Source: Gemmatimonadaceae bacterium (lineage in GTDB: Bacteria; Gemmatimonadota; Gemmatimonadetes; Gemmatimonadales; Gemmatimonadaceae). Taken from it: a DNA stretch of 44,860 nucleotides. The translations under genes and the position numbers were made by a program. Below the pieces are notes generated by a model, which did no database searches, was not told where the DNA came from, and saw only the letters and a list, made by a program, of their open reading frames with translations. Of this stretch, positions 8,272 to 18,920 are shown piece after piece; positions within the stretch are counted from its first letter, which is position 1; each line of letters begins with the position of its first letter. The DNA lies in assembly GCA_033763905.1 (NCBI GenBank), contig JANRJP010000068.1, positions 1-44,860 on the forward strand, written 5' to 3'.

Positions 8272-9021
8272 ATGCGCCTTCTTCGTGCCCCCCTAGCCGC
8301 CGCGCTCCTCGCCGGCTGCCTCGACGCCCGGTCCGAACAGTCCCAGACGGACTTCGTGGACATCCGTGCCGACACCACCGTCGTTGGTCGGATGACCTTC
8401 ATCGAAGCCTCGTCGCCCGACCCGCAGTCTCCCGGCGGGCTCGATCAGCTGCGGTACAACAACACGACCTCCCGGACCTACTCGCGCATCAGCTTCGCGG
8501 TCGCCGAGAACCTCACGTCGTCAGCGGACGCCTGCGTCCCGCCGCGGGCGCCCTTCGTGGATTCCGTGTTCACCAACGTCGCCCCCAACGCCGAGAAGAC
8601 CGTCGTTCGGGGGATTCTGCCGGGCAGTATGCTCGTCTACGTGACCGAGGCCGTCTCCGCCGGCACGTCGCTGACGAACATTCTCGCGGGCCGCTGGACG
8701 GGGACCTACACGGAGTACACGGGGACGACCACGCGCGTGATGCCGACCTTGGGGTGGTCGCAGAGCGGCGGTCGCGTCGTCACGCGGTCCCAGCTGGGCG
8801 GCGATTCGCTGATCTTCGCGGCGCAATTGGCCAACCCACGGCCGTTGTTCCTGCAGGCGTACCCCGGCAATTGCGGGGCGTCCTACGTTGCCGACCCGAC
8901 GCTCGCGCGCGTGAGTGTCACGGCCGACTCGCTGATCATCGCCGGCGGCGCCATTCCGAGTGCGGCCACGACGAGCAGCGTGCCGGATTCGTTCCGCCTG
9001 CGGCTGTCGCGTCGCCCCTGA
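8272..9021 (+). CDS. Hypothetical lipoprotein (beta-strand-rich)
   Basis: MRLLRAPLAAALLAG-C lipobox; Ser/Thr-rich amphipathic strands; high-GC3 codon pattern. The ORF-track extension to 7801 overlaps the tRNAs and is rejected. Confidence 0.8.
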   Translation: MRLLRAPLAAALLAGCLDARSEQSQTDFVDIRADTTVVGRMTFIEASSPDPQSPGGLDQLRYNNTTSRTYSRISFAVAENLTSSADACVPPRAPFVDSVFTNVAPNAEKTVVRGILPGSMLVYVTEAVSAGTSLTNILAGRWTGTYTEYTGTTTRVMPTLGWSQSGGRVVTRSQLGGDSLIFAAQLANPRPLFLQAYPGNCGASYVADPTLARVSVTADSLIIAGGAIPSAATTSSVPDSFRLRLSRRP

Positions 9022-9036
9022 CGCGTCCGCCGCGCC

Positions 9037-10451
<1,415 letters not shown>

Positions 10452-10545
10452 CACCCCAAATTACAGGTGCGGCCGCCGGCGCGCCGCCCTGACGCGCGGC
10501 GCCACCCTGCGGCGCGTGGGACGACGCGCCGCGCGTCGCGCCGAC

Positions 10546-13131
10546 TTAGCCGCGGCGGAAGACGAGCCCGCCGTCCCCCACGTCGCCGAGGATCGTCGAC
10601 CCCTCCGGATACTCCCCCTCGAGCACCGCCAGGGCCAGCGGATTCTGCACCAGCTTCTGCACCGCCCGCTTGAGGGGCCGGGCGCCGAAGGCGGGGTCGT
10701 AGCCCTCGGTCACGATGTACTGCTTGGCCGCGTCGCTCAACGTCAGCGTCAGCTTCCGGTCGGCGAGCAGCGATTCCAGCTTCTTGAGCTGCAGATCGAT
10801 GATGCGCCCGATGTGCGCTTCATCCAGCCGGTGGAAGACGACGATGTCGTCGACGCGATTCAGGAACTCCGGCTTGAACTGGCCGCGCAGCGCCTGCATC
10901 ACCTGCCGCTCCACCGCAGCCCAGTCCGTGTCGCCGGTGTGCTCGAGGATGTACGACGAGCCGACGTTCGACGTCATGATGATGACGGCGTTCTTGAAGT
11001 CCACCGTGCGACCCTGACTGTCCGTCAGGCGGCCGTCGTCGAGAATCTGCAGTAGCAGATTGAAGACATCGGGGTGCGCCTTCTCGATCTCGTCGAAGAG
11101 AATCACGCTGTAGGGCCGACGACGCACCGCCTCGGTGAGTTGGCCGCCCTCTTCGTAGCCGACGTAGCCCGGCGGCGCGCCGATGAGTCGGGCGACCGCG
11201 TGCTTCTCCATATACTCCGACATATCGATGCGCACCATCGCGTGCTCATCGTCGAACAGAAACTCTGCCAGGGCACGCGCCGTCTCGGTCTTCCCGACGC
11301 CCGTGGGGCCGAGGAAGATGAAGCTCCCGATGGGCCGGTTCGGATCCTGCAGGCCGGCGCGCGAGCGCCGCACCGCATTCGCCACCGCCACCAGTGCCTC
11401 GTGCTGGCCGATGACGCGCCGCTGGAGCTCGTGCTCGAGCTTGGTCAGCCGCTCGCGCTCCGATTCCATCATCCGGGTGACGGGGATGCCGGTCCAGCGC
11501 GCGACGACCTCGGCGACGTCTTCGTCGGTGACTTCCTGCTTGAGAAATTTGGGTCGCCCCGTGCCGCCATCGAGCGCGGCCGATGCGTCGGCCAACTGCT
11601 TCTCGAGTGCCGGAATGCGACCGTAGGTGAGTTCCGCCGCCTTGCCCAGGTCGCCCTGCCGCTGCGCCTGCTCGGCTTCGATGCGCAGCGCTTCGATCTG
11701 CTGCTTGAGCTTGCCGACGCCGCCCAGCGCGTCCTTCTCCTTCTGCCACTGCGCGGTCATCCCCGCCGACTTCTCCTTGAGTTCGGCGAGTTCGCGCTCG
11801 AGCTTCTCGCGGCGCTCGAGCGAGACGGGGTCGTTCTCCTTCTTGAGCGCGGTGCGCTCGATCTCGAGCTGCATCACGCGGCGCTCGACCTCGTCGATCT
11901 CCTGCGGTCGGCTGTCGATCTCGATTCGCAGCCGGCTCGCGGCTTCGTCGACCAAGTCGATCGCCTTGTCCGGCAGGAAACGGTCGCCGATGTACCGATG
12001 GCTGAGCGTGGCGGCAGCCACCACCGCGCTGTCGGTGATGCGCACGCCGTGATGCGCCTCGTAGCGCTCCTTGAGCCCGCGCAGAATCGCGATCGTGCTT
12101 TCGACCGATGGCTCGCCAACGAACACCGGCTGGAACCGACGCTCGAGCGCGGGATCCTTCTCGACGTGCTGCCGATACTCGTCGAGCGTCGTTGCGCCGA
12201 CGACGCGCAGTTCGCCGCGGGCCAGCATCGGCTTGAGCATATTCCCCGCGTCCATCGACCCTTCGGCCTTGCCCGCCCCGACCAGCGTGTGCAATTCGTC
12301 GATGAACACCACGAACAGGCCTTCGGCGTCGACGATCTCCTTGAGGACCGCCTTGAGCCGCTCTTCGAACTCGCCGCGGAACTTGGCGCCGGCGATGAGC
12401 GCCCCCAGGTCCAGCGAAATCAGCCGCTTGTTGCGCAGGCCTTCCGGCACATCGCCATTGACGATGCGCTGCGCGAGCCCTTCGACGATCGCCGTCTTGC
12501 CGACGCCGGGTTCGCCGATCAGCACCGGGTTGTTCTTCGTCCGGCGCGACAGCACCTGCACGACACGCCGGATCTCCTCGTCGCGACCGATGACCGGATC
12601 GAGCTTGCCCTTGCGCGCCTGCTCGGTGAGGTCCCGCGTGAACTTCTGCAGCGCCTGATACTTGTTCTCCGGCTCCTGATCCGTGACCCGATGCGCCCCG
12701 CGCACCGCCGTCAGTGCGTCGAGAAGCAACTCGCGGGTTACGCCCGCCGCCCCGAGAATGGCCTTGGATTCGGTGCCCTTCACCTCGCTGAGCGCGAGCA
12801 GGAGGTGCTCGACGCTCACGTACGCGTCGCCGAGCTGCTTGGCCTCCACTTCGGCGCGGTCCGCGATCTGACTCAGCTCGCGCGAGAGCGATGGCTGCGC
12901 ACCGGTCTGCTTCGCATAGCGGGCGATCTCCCGTCCGACCGCGTCGCCCAGCTGCGCCGTGTTGACGCCAAGCTTCTGGAGGGCGGGCACGACGATGGTG
13001 TCGTCCTGCTCGAGCAGGGCCGCGAGCAGATGCGCGTCGTACACCAGCGGGTTGCCCTGCTGGCGGGCGCGAGCCAAGGCGTCGTTGTACGCCTCGGCAG
13101 ACTTCACGGTCAAGCGATCGGGATTGAGCAT
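10546..13131 (-). CDS. clpB: ATP-dependent chaperone ClpB
   Basis: 861 aa; Clp N repeats; [15 protein letters not shown]; Walker A GEPGVGKT and GPTGVGKT; coiled-coil middle domain; [16 protein letters not shown]. Confidence 0.98.
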   Translation of the reverse strand: MLNPDRLTVKSAEAYNDALARARQQGNPLVYDAHLLAALLEQDDTIVVPALQKLGVNTAQLGDAVGREIARYAKQTGAQPSLSRELSQIADRAEVEAKQLGDAYVSVEHLLLALSEVKGTESKAILGAAGVTRELLLDALTAVRGAHRVTDQEPENKYQALQKFTRDLTEQARKGKLDPVIGRDEEIRRVVQVLSRRTKNNPVLIGEPGVGKTAIVEGLAQRIVNGDVPEGLRNKRLISLDLGALIAGAKFRGEFEERLKAVLKEIVDAEGLFVVFIDELHTLVGAGKAEGSMDAGNMLKPMLARGELRVVGATTLDEYRQHVEKDPALERRFQPVFVGEPSVESTIAILRGLKERYEAHHGVRITDSAVVAAATLSHRYIGDRFLPDKAIDLVDEAASRLRIEIDSRPQEIDEVERRVMQLEIERTALKKENDPVSLERREKLERELAELKEKSAGMTAQWQKEKDALGGVGKLKQQIEALRIEAEQAQRQGDLGKAAELTYGRIPALEKQLADASAALDGGTGRPKFLKQEVTDEDVAEVVARWTGIPVTRMMESERERLTKLEHELQRRVIGQHEALVAVANAVRRSRAGLQDPNRPIGSFIFLGPTGVGKTETARALAEFLFDDEHAMVRIDMSEYMEKHAVARLIGAPPGYVGYEEGGQLTEAVRRRPYSVILFDEIEKAHPDVFNLLLQILDDGRLTDSQGRTVDFKNAVIIMTSNVGSSYILEHTGDTDWAAVERQVMQALRGQFKPEFLNRVDDIVVFHRLDEAHIGRIIDLQLKKLESLLADRKLTLTLSDAAKQYIVTEGYDPAFGARPLKRAVQKLVQNPLALAVLEGEYPEGSTILGDVGDGGLVFRRG

Positions 13132-13226
13132 AGTCGTCGGGGAGAGCGGGTGATGCCATTTTACCTACGCAGCGGCCGTGCCGAAGGGGCGATGCCAGCT
13201 CGGCAGGTTTCAACGCTCCTACGTGC

Positions 13227-13255
13227 TTGCCCTGCGTCACGGTGTCAGATACCCT
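13227..13255 (+). promoter_or_regulatory. Sigma70-type promoter, probably giving a leaderless mRNA for the lipoprotein at 13262
   Basis: TTGCCC (13227-13232), 17 nt, TACCCT (13250-13255), 6 nt, GTG at 13262; no Shine-Dalgarno. Confidence 0.5.
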
Positions 13256-13261
13256 GCCGTG

Positions 13262-13747
13262 GTGACCATCCCGATCCGAATTGTCCCCTCGCGGCCTCGG
13301 CGACCGCGGCGCGCGCTGCTGCTGCCCGCGCTCGTGGCGGTGGCGGTGCTGACGGCCTGTGGCCGAGGCGGCCCCGGCGTGATCTCGGACGCGACCTACG
13401 TGCGCGTGATGGCCGATCTGATGACCTTCGACCTCATCCGACGCGCGCGCCCGGTGCCGCCCCTCCCCGCGACGGCCTTCGCGCCGGTGCTCGGCACGCA
13501 GGTCCCGGACACGAGCTGGAAGATCCAGCGGCGCACCGACTCGTTGGCCATCGCGCGGAAGGACTCGCTGTCTCGCGACTCGATCCTGGTGCTCCACGGC
13601 GTCAGCGAAGCCGATCTGGAGGCCAAGGTGCGGAGTCTTGTCGACGACACCAAGCGCGCTCGGGCACTCTGGGATTCGATCTCGAGCAAAGCACAAACGG
13701 CCCGGGAGCAATCCCGGGCCGCTAGCGCGCCAGCACCATCTTCCTGA
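13262..13747 (+). CDS. Hypothetical lipoprotein, DUF4296-like
   Basis: Basic N-region, hydrophobic h-region, lipobox VLTA-C; ISDATYVRVMADL...DSILVLHGVSEADLE...ALWDSI resembles DUF4296 (recalled, not searched). Confidence 0.7.
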   Translation: MTIPIRIVPSRPRRPRRALLLPALVAVAVLTACGRGGPGVISDATYVRVMADLMTFDLIRRARPVPPLPATAFAPVLGTQVPDTSWKIQRRTDSLAIARKDSLSRDSILVLHGVSEADLEAKVRSLVDDTKRARALWDSISSKAQTAREQSRAASAPAPSS

Positions 13748-14177
13748 CCAGCGTGGTGCCTTCCACTTCGATCCGATACAGATAGATCGACGCGGCGGCG
13801 GGTGATCCCGTGCTCAGGTAACGACCGTCCCAGTACGCGAGGTACGCTCCACAGGGGAGCGCGACCCCTTCCGTTGGCACATTGCCCATCAACCCTGCCG
13901 GCCCGCTGACCAGCACGGGCACCGCGACCACCTGCGACAGCAGGTTGTACACGCGCAGGGTGACACGATACGTCTTCACCGGGTCCTTGCAGGTGGCAGG
14001 GTCGCCCACCGTGAATGGGATCCGGGTATCCGTCCCGAACGGATTAGGGGCATTCTGCCCCATAGACACCGCTGGTGGCTTCTGGCCTCTATCGGTCTTC
14101 TGGGCCTCAAGCACCGACGGTCGGACGGCCGCGACCGCGCACAGCGCTCCAAAGAGCACTGTCCAGCGACGTGGCAT
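13722..14177 (-). CDS. Small exported protein made of a single FlgD-Ig / T9SS type-A sorting-like domain
   Basis: SD AGGAG; signal peptide ending LEA-Q; QNAPNPFG..TRIPF, VTLRVYNLLSQVV, WDGR, AASIYLYRI, RKMVLAR. Confidence 0.75.
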   Translation of the reverse strand: MPRRWTVLFGALCAVAAVRPSVLEAQKTDRGQKPPAVSMGQNAPNPFGTDTRIPFTVGDPATCKDPVKTYRVTLRVYNLLSQVVAVPVLVSGPAGLMGNVPTEGVALPCGAYLAYWDGRYLSTGSPAAASIYLYRIEVEGTTLVRKMVLAR

Positions 14178-14321
14178 GACCTACTCCTATCTGACGAAAG
14201 AGATGCGTGAGCGCTGCTCCGTGGCGCCGGGGGTGAAGGACGGCCGCCTTCCATACACTGCGCCCGCAGGGACGATCCGTCAATTGCCGACAGGCCCCGG
14301 ACGCGTCACGGGGCGAGCGAA

Positions 14322-15083
14322 CTAGTCGGCGACCCAGCGCTCGCGCTCCCACGCGTCCAACGCGCGAAGCGGGCGACCGTCGGCGAGGTGCTGTTGCAGA
14401 TACTCGCGCAGGAGCCGCTGGTGCGCTTTGGCGGTGGCCGGATCGGCGAAGGGCGCCACCTCCTGTCCATCGGTCCACGCGAGCAGCGCGGACCGCGCCG
14501 ACCACGGGAAGCGCCGGCCTCCCCGCTCTGCCGCGCACCGCGGGCACAGCACACCGCCCGCCGCGTGCGAAAACGCAGCCTCGTCGCCGCGCTCCACCGG
14601 CACACCGTCGACGGCGCAGGAGTCGAGGGCGGGCGCGACACCGAGTTGCGCCACGATGTGCCAGGCCCCGGCCAGAGTCGCGGCCGCGCCGTCGCCTGGT
14701 GCGGACGCCTCGAGACGGTCGAGCGCCCCCAACAGGGCGTCGTACACCTCCGGGGCCGCGTCGTCTCGGACGAAACGCAGCATCAATTCTGCCAAGGCGT
14801 GCGCTCCGGCGAATCGACCGAGATCCGCCGCCAAGCCGGGCCGGGTGCGCGCGAGATCGAAACCGCCCAAGGTGTGCAGATCGCGGCCGGGCTTGAGATA
14901 CAGCTGCGCCGAGCCCTCGACGAACAGGTCCAGCGTCATTCGCGACGACCCCTTCGCGCGGCGGGCCCCCTTGGCAATCACCGATTGCACGCCGGCCTCG
15001 CGAGTTGCCAGCCGCAGAATGCGCGACGACTCGAGGTAGTCGAACGAATGCAGGACGATCGCGTCGGTGGTCAGGAGCGACAT
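14322..15083 (-). CDS. recO: DNA repair protein RecO
   Basis: TDAIVLHSFDYLESSRILRLATREAG..SVIAKGARR; Zn-site CAVDG...GGVLCPRC; 253 aa. Confidence 0.93.
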   Translation of the reverse strand: MSLLTTDAIVLHSFDYLESSRILRLATREAGVQSVIAKGARRAKGSSRMTLDLFVEGSAQLYLKPGRDLHTLGGFDLARTRPGLAADLGRFAGAHALAELMLRFVRDDAAPEVYDALLGALDRLEASAPGDGAAATLAGAWHIVAQLGVAPALDSCAVDGVPVERGDEAAFSHAAGGVLCPRCAAERGGRRFPWSARSALLAWTDGQEVAPFADPATAKAHQRLLREYLQQHLADGRPLRALDAWERERWVAD

Positions 15084-15130
15084 CAGGGGCGAAATCTACC
15101 GCCGCGCCCAACCACCGACCGCCTCGCCGC

Positions 15131-17170
15131 CTAGCGCAGCTCCCAGCCGCCGCGCACCCCGACCAGCACCACGCGACCCGGCTGCGCGAATCCGAACACG
15201 TGCTGATAGCTGGCGTTCGTGAGGTTCTCGATGCGCAACGTCAGGCCCGGGCGACCCGTGCGCGGGTTCTGCGGCAGTTCCCAGGCGGCGTCGTAGCGGC
15301 GGAAGGCGCCGAGCGCCACGCGCGTCGCGGGAAAAGTGCCGAAGTTGAGATCCGCCCGCTGCCCAACGTGTTGCGCCGTCACCTGCACCGTGCCCGCTCG
15401 GCCGAGGAGGCGTCCCACGGTCAGGCTGGCCTGCGCCTGCGGGCGACGCAGCAACCGGTCGCCGGCCACCAGCGCGCCGCCGGCACCGGTCCCGGCATCA
15501 CGAACCTCGGTGTCGAGATACGTCCAGTTGCCGCTGAAGATGATCCCCACCGCCGTCGGATCGAGGCTCCACTCGAGTTCCAACCCACGCGCATTCGCCG
15601 ACGCCAGGTTGAAGTAGTTGGGATCGGTCGCCACCGACGAGAACCGATACTGAATGAGATTCGTGAAGCGCTGATCGAACCAGGTCGCCCCCACGCGCAC
15701 GAGCCCCGAGAGTTCGTGGCTCACGCCGAGTTCCCAGGTCCGCGTCTGCTCCGGAGTCAGCGACGGATTCCCCACCGTGAAGGTGGTGTTGAACTGCTCG
15801 TTGAAGTTGGGCTCGCGATACGCGGTGCCGTACAGCGCCCGGAGGCGGGTGTTGGTGATGGCTTCCCAGGTCACACCGTGGCGCATCGTGAAGAATCGCC
15901 CGAACACGCTGTTGTCATCGTAGCGGGCGCCAAGATTCACCGACAGGCGATCGGTCGGCAGCGTGAGCAACGAGGCGTAGGCCGCCGTGTTCGAGCGCCG
16001 ACGGTCGAAGCGCTCCTGCGTGGGCGCGAACCGCTGGAACTGCGACTCGCCGACGTTGAGCTCGCCCAACCGCGCCACTTCCAGACCGGTCGTCAGTCGG
16101 GTCGAACGCGGCAGCGACGTCACCAGTCGCGCGTCGGCCACCCGCCGGAACACGGTGGCGACATTGCGGCTGGTGAAACCCAGCGTGTCGCCGGGCGAGT
16201 CGGGCTGATTGCTGTTGATCCCGCGCAGTTCATTCGCCGAGAGCGTCAACCGCCCCTCGACGCGCGACGTGAGCTGGCGTCCGAGCTCCACGCCGGCGAC
16301 GAGCCGACGCTCGAGCCGGAACGCGTTGCTGTCGGTGAAGGCGCCGGCGCTGTTCGTGGGCGTCTGGTAGTTCGCGTCGGTGCCGCGCAACGTGACCCGC
16401 AGGTCGTTGCGGCTTCCCGGCGCGGTGCGGAGACTCGCCGACCACGTGTCGTTCCGCCAGCGGTTGTTGAACGGACTCAAGCCCACCGCGCGGTGCGCGG
16501 CACCGCCCACCGACCAGCGCCAATCGCCGAGGGGCCCGGACAGCTCGACATCCGCGTCGCGCGTGCCGACCGTGGGGGACGGGACGTCGTTCGCGGTCGG
16601 CGCACCGGTGGTCCCCGCACGCAGCGACGTCGCGATGCGCGTCCGGCGATCCCCCTGTCGCGTGATCACGTGCACGACCCCCGCGACCGCGTCGGAGCCC
16701 CACTCGATGCTGGCCGGCCCACGCAGGACTTCGATCCGCTCGACATTGTCCGTCGTCAGCTGCCCGAAGTCGAACTGCCCGCCCGCTTCGTTCACCGCGA
16801 CGCCATCGATCAACACCTTCACGAAGCGGCTTTCGCCACCCCGCAGGAACAGCGAGGTCAGCGAGCCGTTCGCGCTCTGCTGCACGACGGACGCCGACGG
16901 GACTTCGCGCAGGACATCGACCACCCGCGTGAGGCCCTTGGCGCGGAGGTCCGACGCGGTAAACACCGTCAGCGACGCGCCGGTCGCCGACAGCGGGGTC
17001 GGCGTGCGTGACGCGGTGATGGTCATCGTACCGAGCCGCGCGGTATCGCGCGTGCGATCCACGGGCGTGGCACCCTGCTGCGCGTGCACGACCGGCGCGA
17101 CAGTCGCGGTGGCCAAGAGAGCGGTGCGCCACACGGGGCGCATCCACGAAGAGAGCAGCATCGGAGTCAT
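15131..17170 (-). CDS. btuB: TonB-dependent outer-membrane receptor, BtuB-like (cobalamin)
   Basis: Signal peptide; TonB-box-like TMTITASR; plug SLFLRGG..., VLIDGV, ERIEVLRGPASIEWGSDAVAGVVHVIT; barrel end ENLTNASYQ...PGR; last gene of a B12-riboswitch operon. Confidence 0.88.
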   Translation of the reverse strand: MTPMLLSSWMRPVWRTALLATATVAPVVHAQQGATPVDRTRDTARLGTMTITASRTPTPLSATGASLTVFTASDLRAKGLTRVVDVLREVPSASVVQQSANGSLTSLFLRGGESRFVKVLIDGVAVNEAGGQFDFGQLTTDNVERIEVLRGPASIEWGSDAVAGVVHVITRQGDRRTRIATSLRAGTTGAPTANDVPSPTVGTRDADVELSGPLGDWRWSVGGAAHRAVGLSPFNNRWRNDTWSASLRTAPGSRNDLRVTLRGTDANYQTPTNSAGAFTDSNAFRLERRLVAGVELGRQLTSRVEGRLTLSANELRGINSNQPDSPGDTLGFTSRNVATVFRRVADARLVTSLPRSTRLTTGLEVARLGELNVGESQFQRFAPTQERFDRRRSNTAAYASLLTLPTDRLSVNLGARYDDNSVFGRFFTMRHGVTWEAITNTRLRALYGTAYREPNFNEQFNTTFTVGNPSLTPEQTRTWELGVSHELSGLVRVGATWFDQRFTNLIQYRFSSVATDPNYFNLASANARGLELEWSLDPTAVGIIFSGNWTYLDTEVRDAGTGAGGALVAGDRLLRRPQAQASLTVGRLLGRAGTVQVTAQHVGQRADLNFGTFPATRVALGAFRRYDAAWELPQNPRTGRPGLTLRIENLTNASYQHVFGFAQPGRVVLVGVRGGWELR

Positions 17171-17946
17171 CCAGAAGTAGGAGTTCGTGACGAACGCAAC
17201 GGAATCAGCATCGGGGCGCCTACCGCCGGGTCGCGCGAGACCACGATCGGCCAGCCATACACCCGTTCCAACGTCGGGCCGGTCATCACCACGTCGGGCG
17301 TCCCCGACGCGGCCACGCGGCCGTCGTGCAACAGCACCACGGTGTCAGCAAACCGCGCGACGAGATTGAGCTGATGTGTCACCACCAGCACCGCTCGGCC
17401 TTCGTCGGCCAGCGCGCGGAGCAGTTCGAACGCCGCCATCTCGTGCGCGATGTCGAGAAAGGCGGTGGGTTCATCGAGCACGATTGCGGGCGTATCCTGC
17501 GCGAGCGCGCGCGCCATTCGGACGCGCTGCCACTCGCCACCGGACACCGCGTCGGTCGAGCGATCGGCCACCGACAGCGCGCCGGCGCGATCAAGCGCCG
17601 CGTCGACGTGGCGTGCCGTCACCGGCGCCGCATCATCCCACGGAAACCGGCCGAGCGCGACGAACTCGCGGACCGGCATCGGAAAGGCCGGCGTCTCGCG
17701 TTGCGGCACGACCGCCACGCATCGCGCCCGCGCCCGCTCGGCGAGCGACGCCACACGCGTCGTCCCGAGCCACACGTCGCCGCCCGCCGTGGCGTCCCGC
17801 GCGAGCAGGGCGCGCACGCAACTCGACTTGCCACTGCCGTTGGGACCGACGAGCGCGGTCAACCGACCGGCCGGCGCCTCGAAGTCCACGCCGCGCACCG
17901 CCTCGACGGCACCGTAGCGCACGCGCACGCCCTCGAAGCGAATCAC
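17167..17946 (-). CDS. btuD: ABC transporter ATP-binding protein (BtuD/FecE-like)
   Basis: GPNGSGKS, VSGGEWQR, LDEPT, VTH; coupled to the permease by an overlap; substrate inferred from the riboswitch. Confidence 0.85.
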   Translation of the reverse strand: MIRFEGVRVRYGAVEAVRGVDFEAPAGRLTALVGPNGSGKSSCVRALLARDATAGGDVWLGTTRVASLAERARARCVAVVPQRETPAFPMPVREFVALGRFPWDDAAPVTARHVDAALDRAGALSVADRSTDAVSGGEWQRVRMARALAQDTPAIVLDEPTAFLDIAHEMAAFELLRALADEGRAVLVVTHQLNLVARFADTVVLLHDGRVAASGTPDVVMTGPTLERVYGWPIVVSRDPAVGAPMLIPLRSSRTPTSG

Positions 17947-18920
17947 GTCGTCACCCGACGAATGCGCAGCAGGAAGAACGGCACCCCGACCAGCGCCGTG
18001 ACCGCCCCCAGCGGAATGTCGGCGGGCGACGCCACCGTGCGGGCAATGATGTCGGCGAGCACGACAACCGTCGCGCCGACCAGAGCCGACGCGGGCAGCA
18101 ACACGCGATGCACGCGCGCGCCGAGCGAGCGCGACAGATGCGGCACCACCAACCCGACGAAGCCGACCAGACCGGCCGCGGCCACCGTGGCCGCCGCGAC
18201 CAACGAGGCCAACAGGAAGACCCGGCGGCTCGCCGACGCGACATCGGCACCCAGCGCCGCGGCCGGCTCATCGCCAAGCGCCAGCACATCGAGCGTCCGG
18301 CCATCGCGCCACAGCCACAACATCGTCGGCACGAGGTACACGACCAGCCAGCCCACCTGCGGCCACGTCGCGTCGGCGGCAGACCCCATCATCCACCACA
18401 GCGCGCCGCGCGCGCGATCGGGCGGCACATTCGCCAGCGCCACCATCACCGCGGCGTTCGCCCCCGCGCCAACCACCACGCCGCTCATCACGAGCAATCG
18501 CGCGTCGGCCCGCCCACCAGCGACGCGCGCAATGGCCACGACGACGCTGACCGCTGCCAGCGCACCGAGAAAGGCCGCCACGGGCAACAACCCCAGCGCC
18601 GTGAGACCGACGGCATACGCCACGACGCCGCCGACCGCTGCGCCGCCACTGACGCCGAGCAGATACGGCTCCGCCAACGCGTTGCGCAGTGCCCCCTGCA
18701 ACGCGGCGCCCGCCAGCCCAAGGCCGGCTCCGACGCAGGCGGCCAACACGGCGCGCGGCAGGCGCAATTGCCACACCACCTGCTCGGCCAGCGGCGACGC
18801 GTCGTCGGTGAAGACCGAGAACACCTCGCGCAACGGCACCGTCACGGTGCCCACCGACACCGCGAGTGCGATCGCGAGCAGCAGCGCGGCGCCCAGCGCC
18901 AGCCAGCGCGACAGGCTCAC
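17943..18920 (-). CDS. btuC: FecCD/BtuC-family ABC permease
   Basis: QLRLPRAVLA, AGAALQGALRNALAEPYLLGVSGGA, GDEPAAALG, GFVGLVVPH, IPLGAVTALVGVPFF. The GTG start at 18920 overlaps the btuF stop. Confidence 0.88.
   Translation of the reverse strand: MSLSRWLALGAALLLAIALAVSVGTVTVPLREVFSVFTDDASPLAEQVVWQLRLPRAVLAACVGAGLGLAGAALQGALRNALAEPYLLGVSGGAAVGGVVAYAVGLTALGLLPVAAFLGALAAVSVVVAIARVAGGRADARLLVMSGVVVGAGANAAVMVALANVPPDRARGALWWMMGSAADATWPQVGWLVVYLVPTMLWLWRDGRTLDVLALGDEPAAALGADVASASRRVFLLASLVAAATVAAAGLVGFVGLVVPHLSRSLGARVHRVLLPASALVGATVVVLADIIARTVASPADIPLGAVTALVGVPFFLLRIRRVTT

Noticed and set aside
13185..13213. Sigma32-like TTGAAA...CCCC upstream of clpB
   Set aside because: The spacing is about 18 nt rather than 13-14, and the CCCCAT element is incomplete.
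11074..13725. 883-aa plus-strand ORF and 821-aa alternative-frame ORF over clpB
   Set aside because: Shadow or off-frame ORFs of a strongly codon-biased gene, with Arg/Ala-rich non-protein-like composition.
14178..14321. Possible ncRNA or promoter in the recO downstream gap (TTGACG at 14283-14278, small hairpins)
   Set aside because: No acceptable -10 at 16-18 nt and no recognisable RNA family motif.
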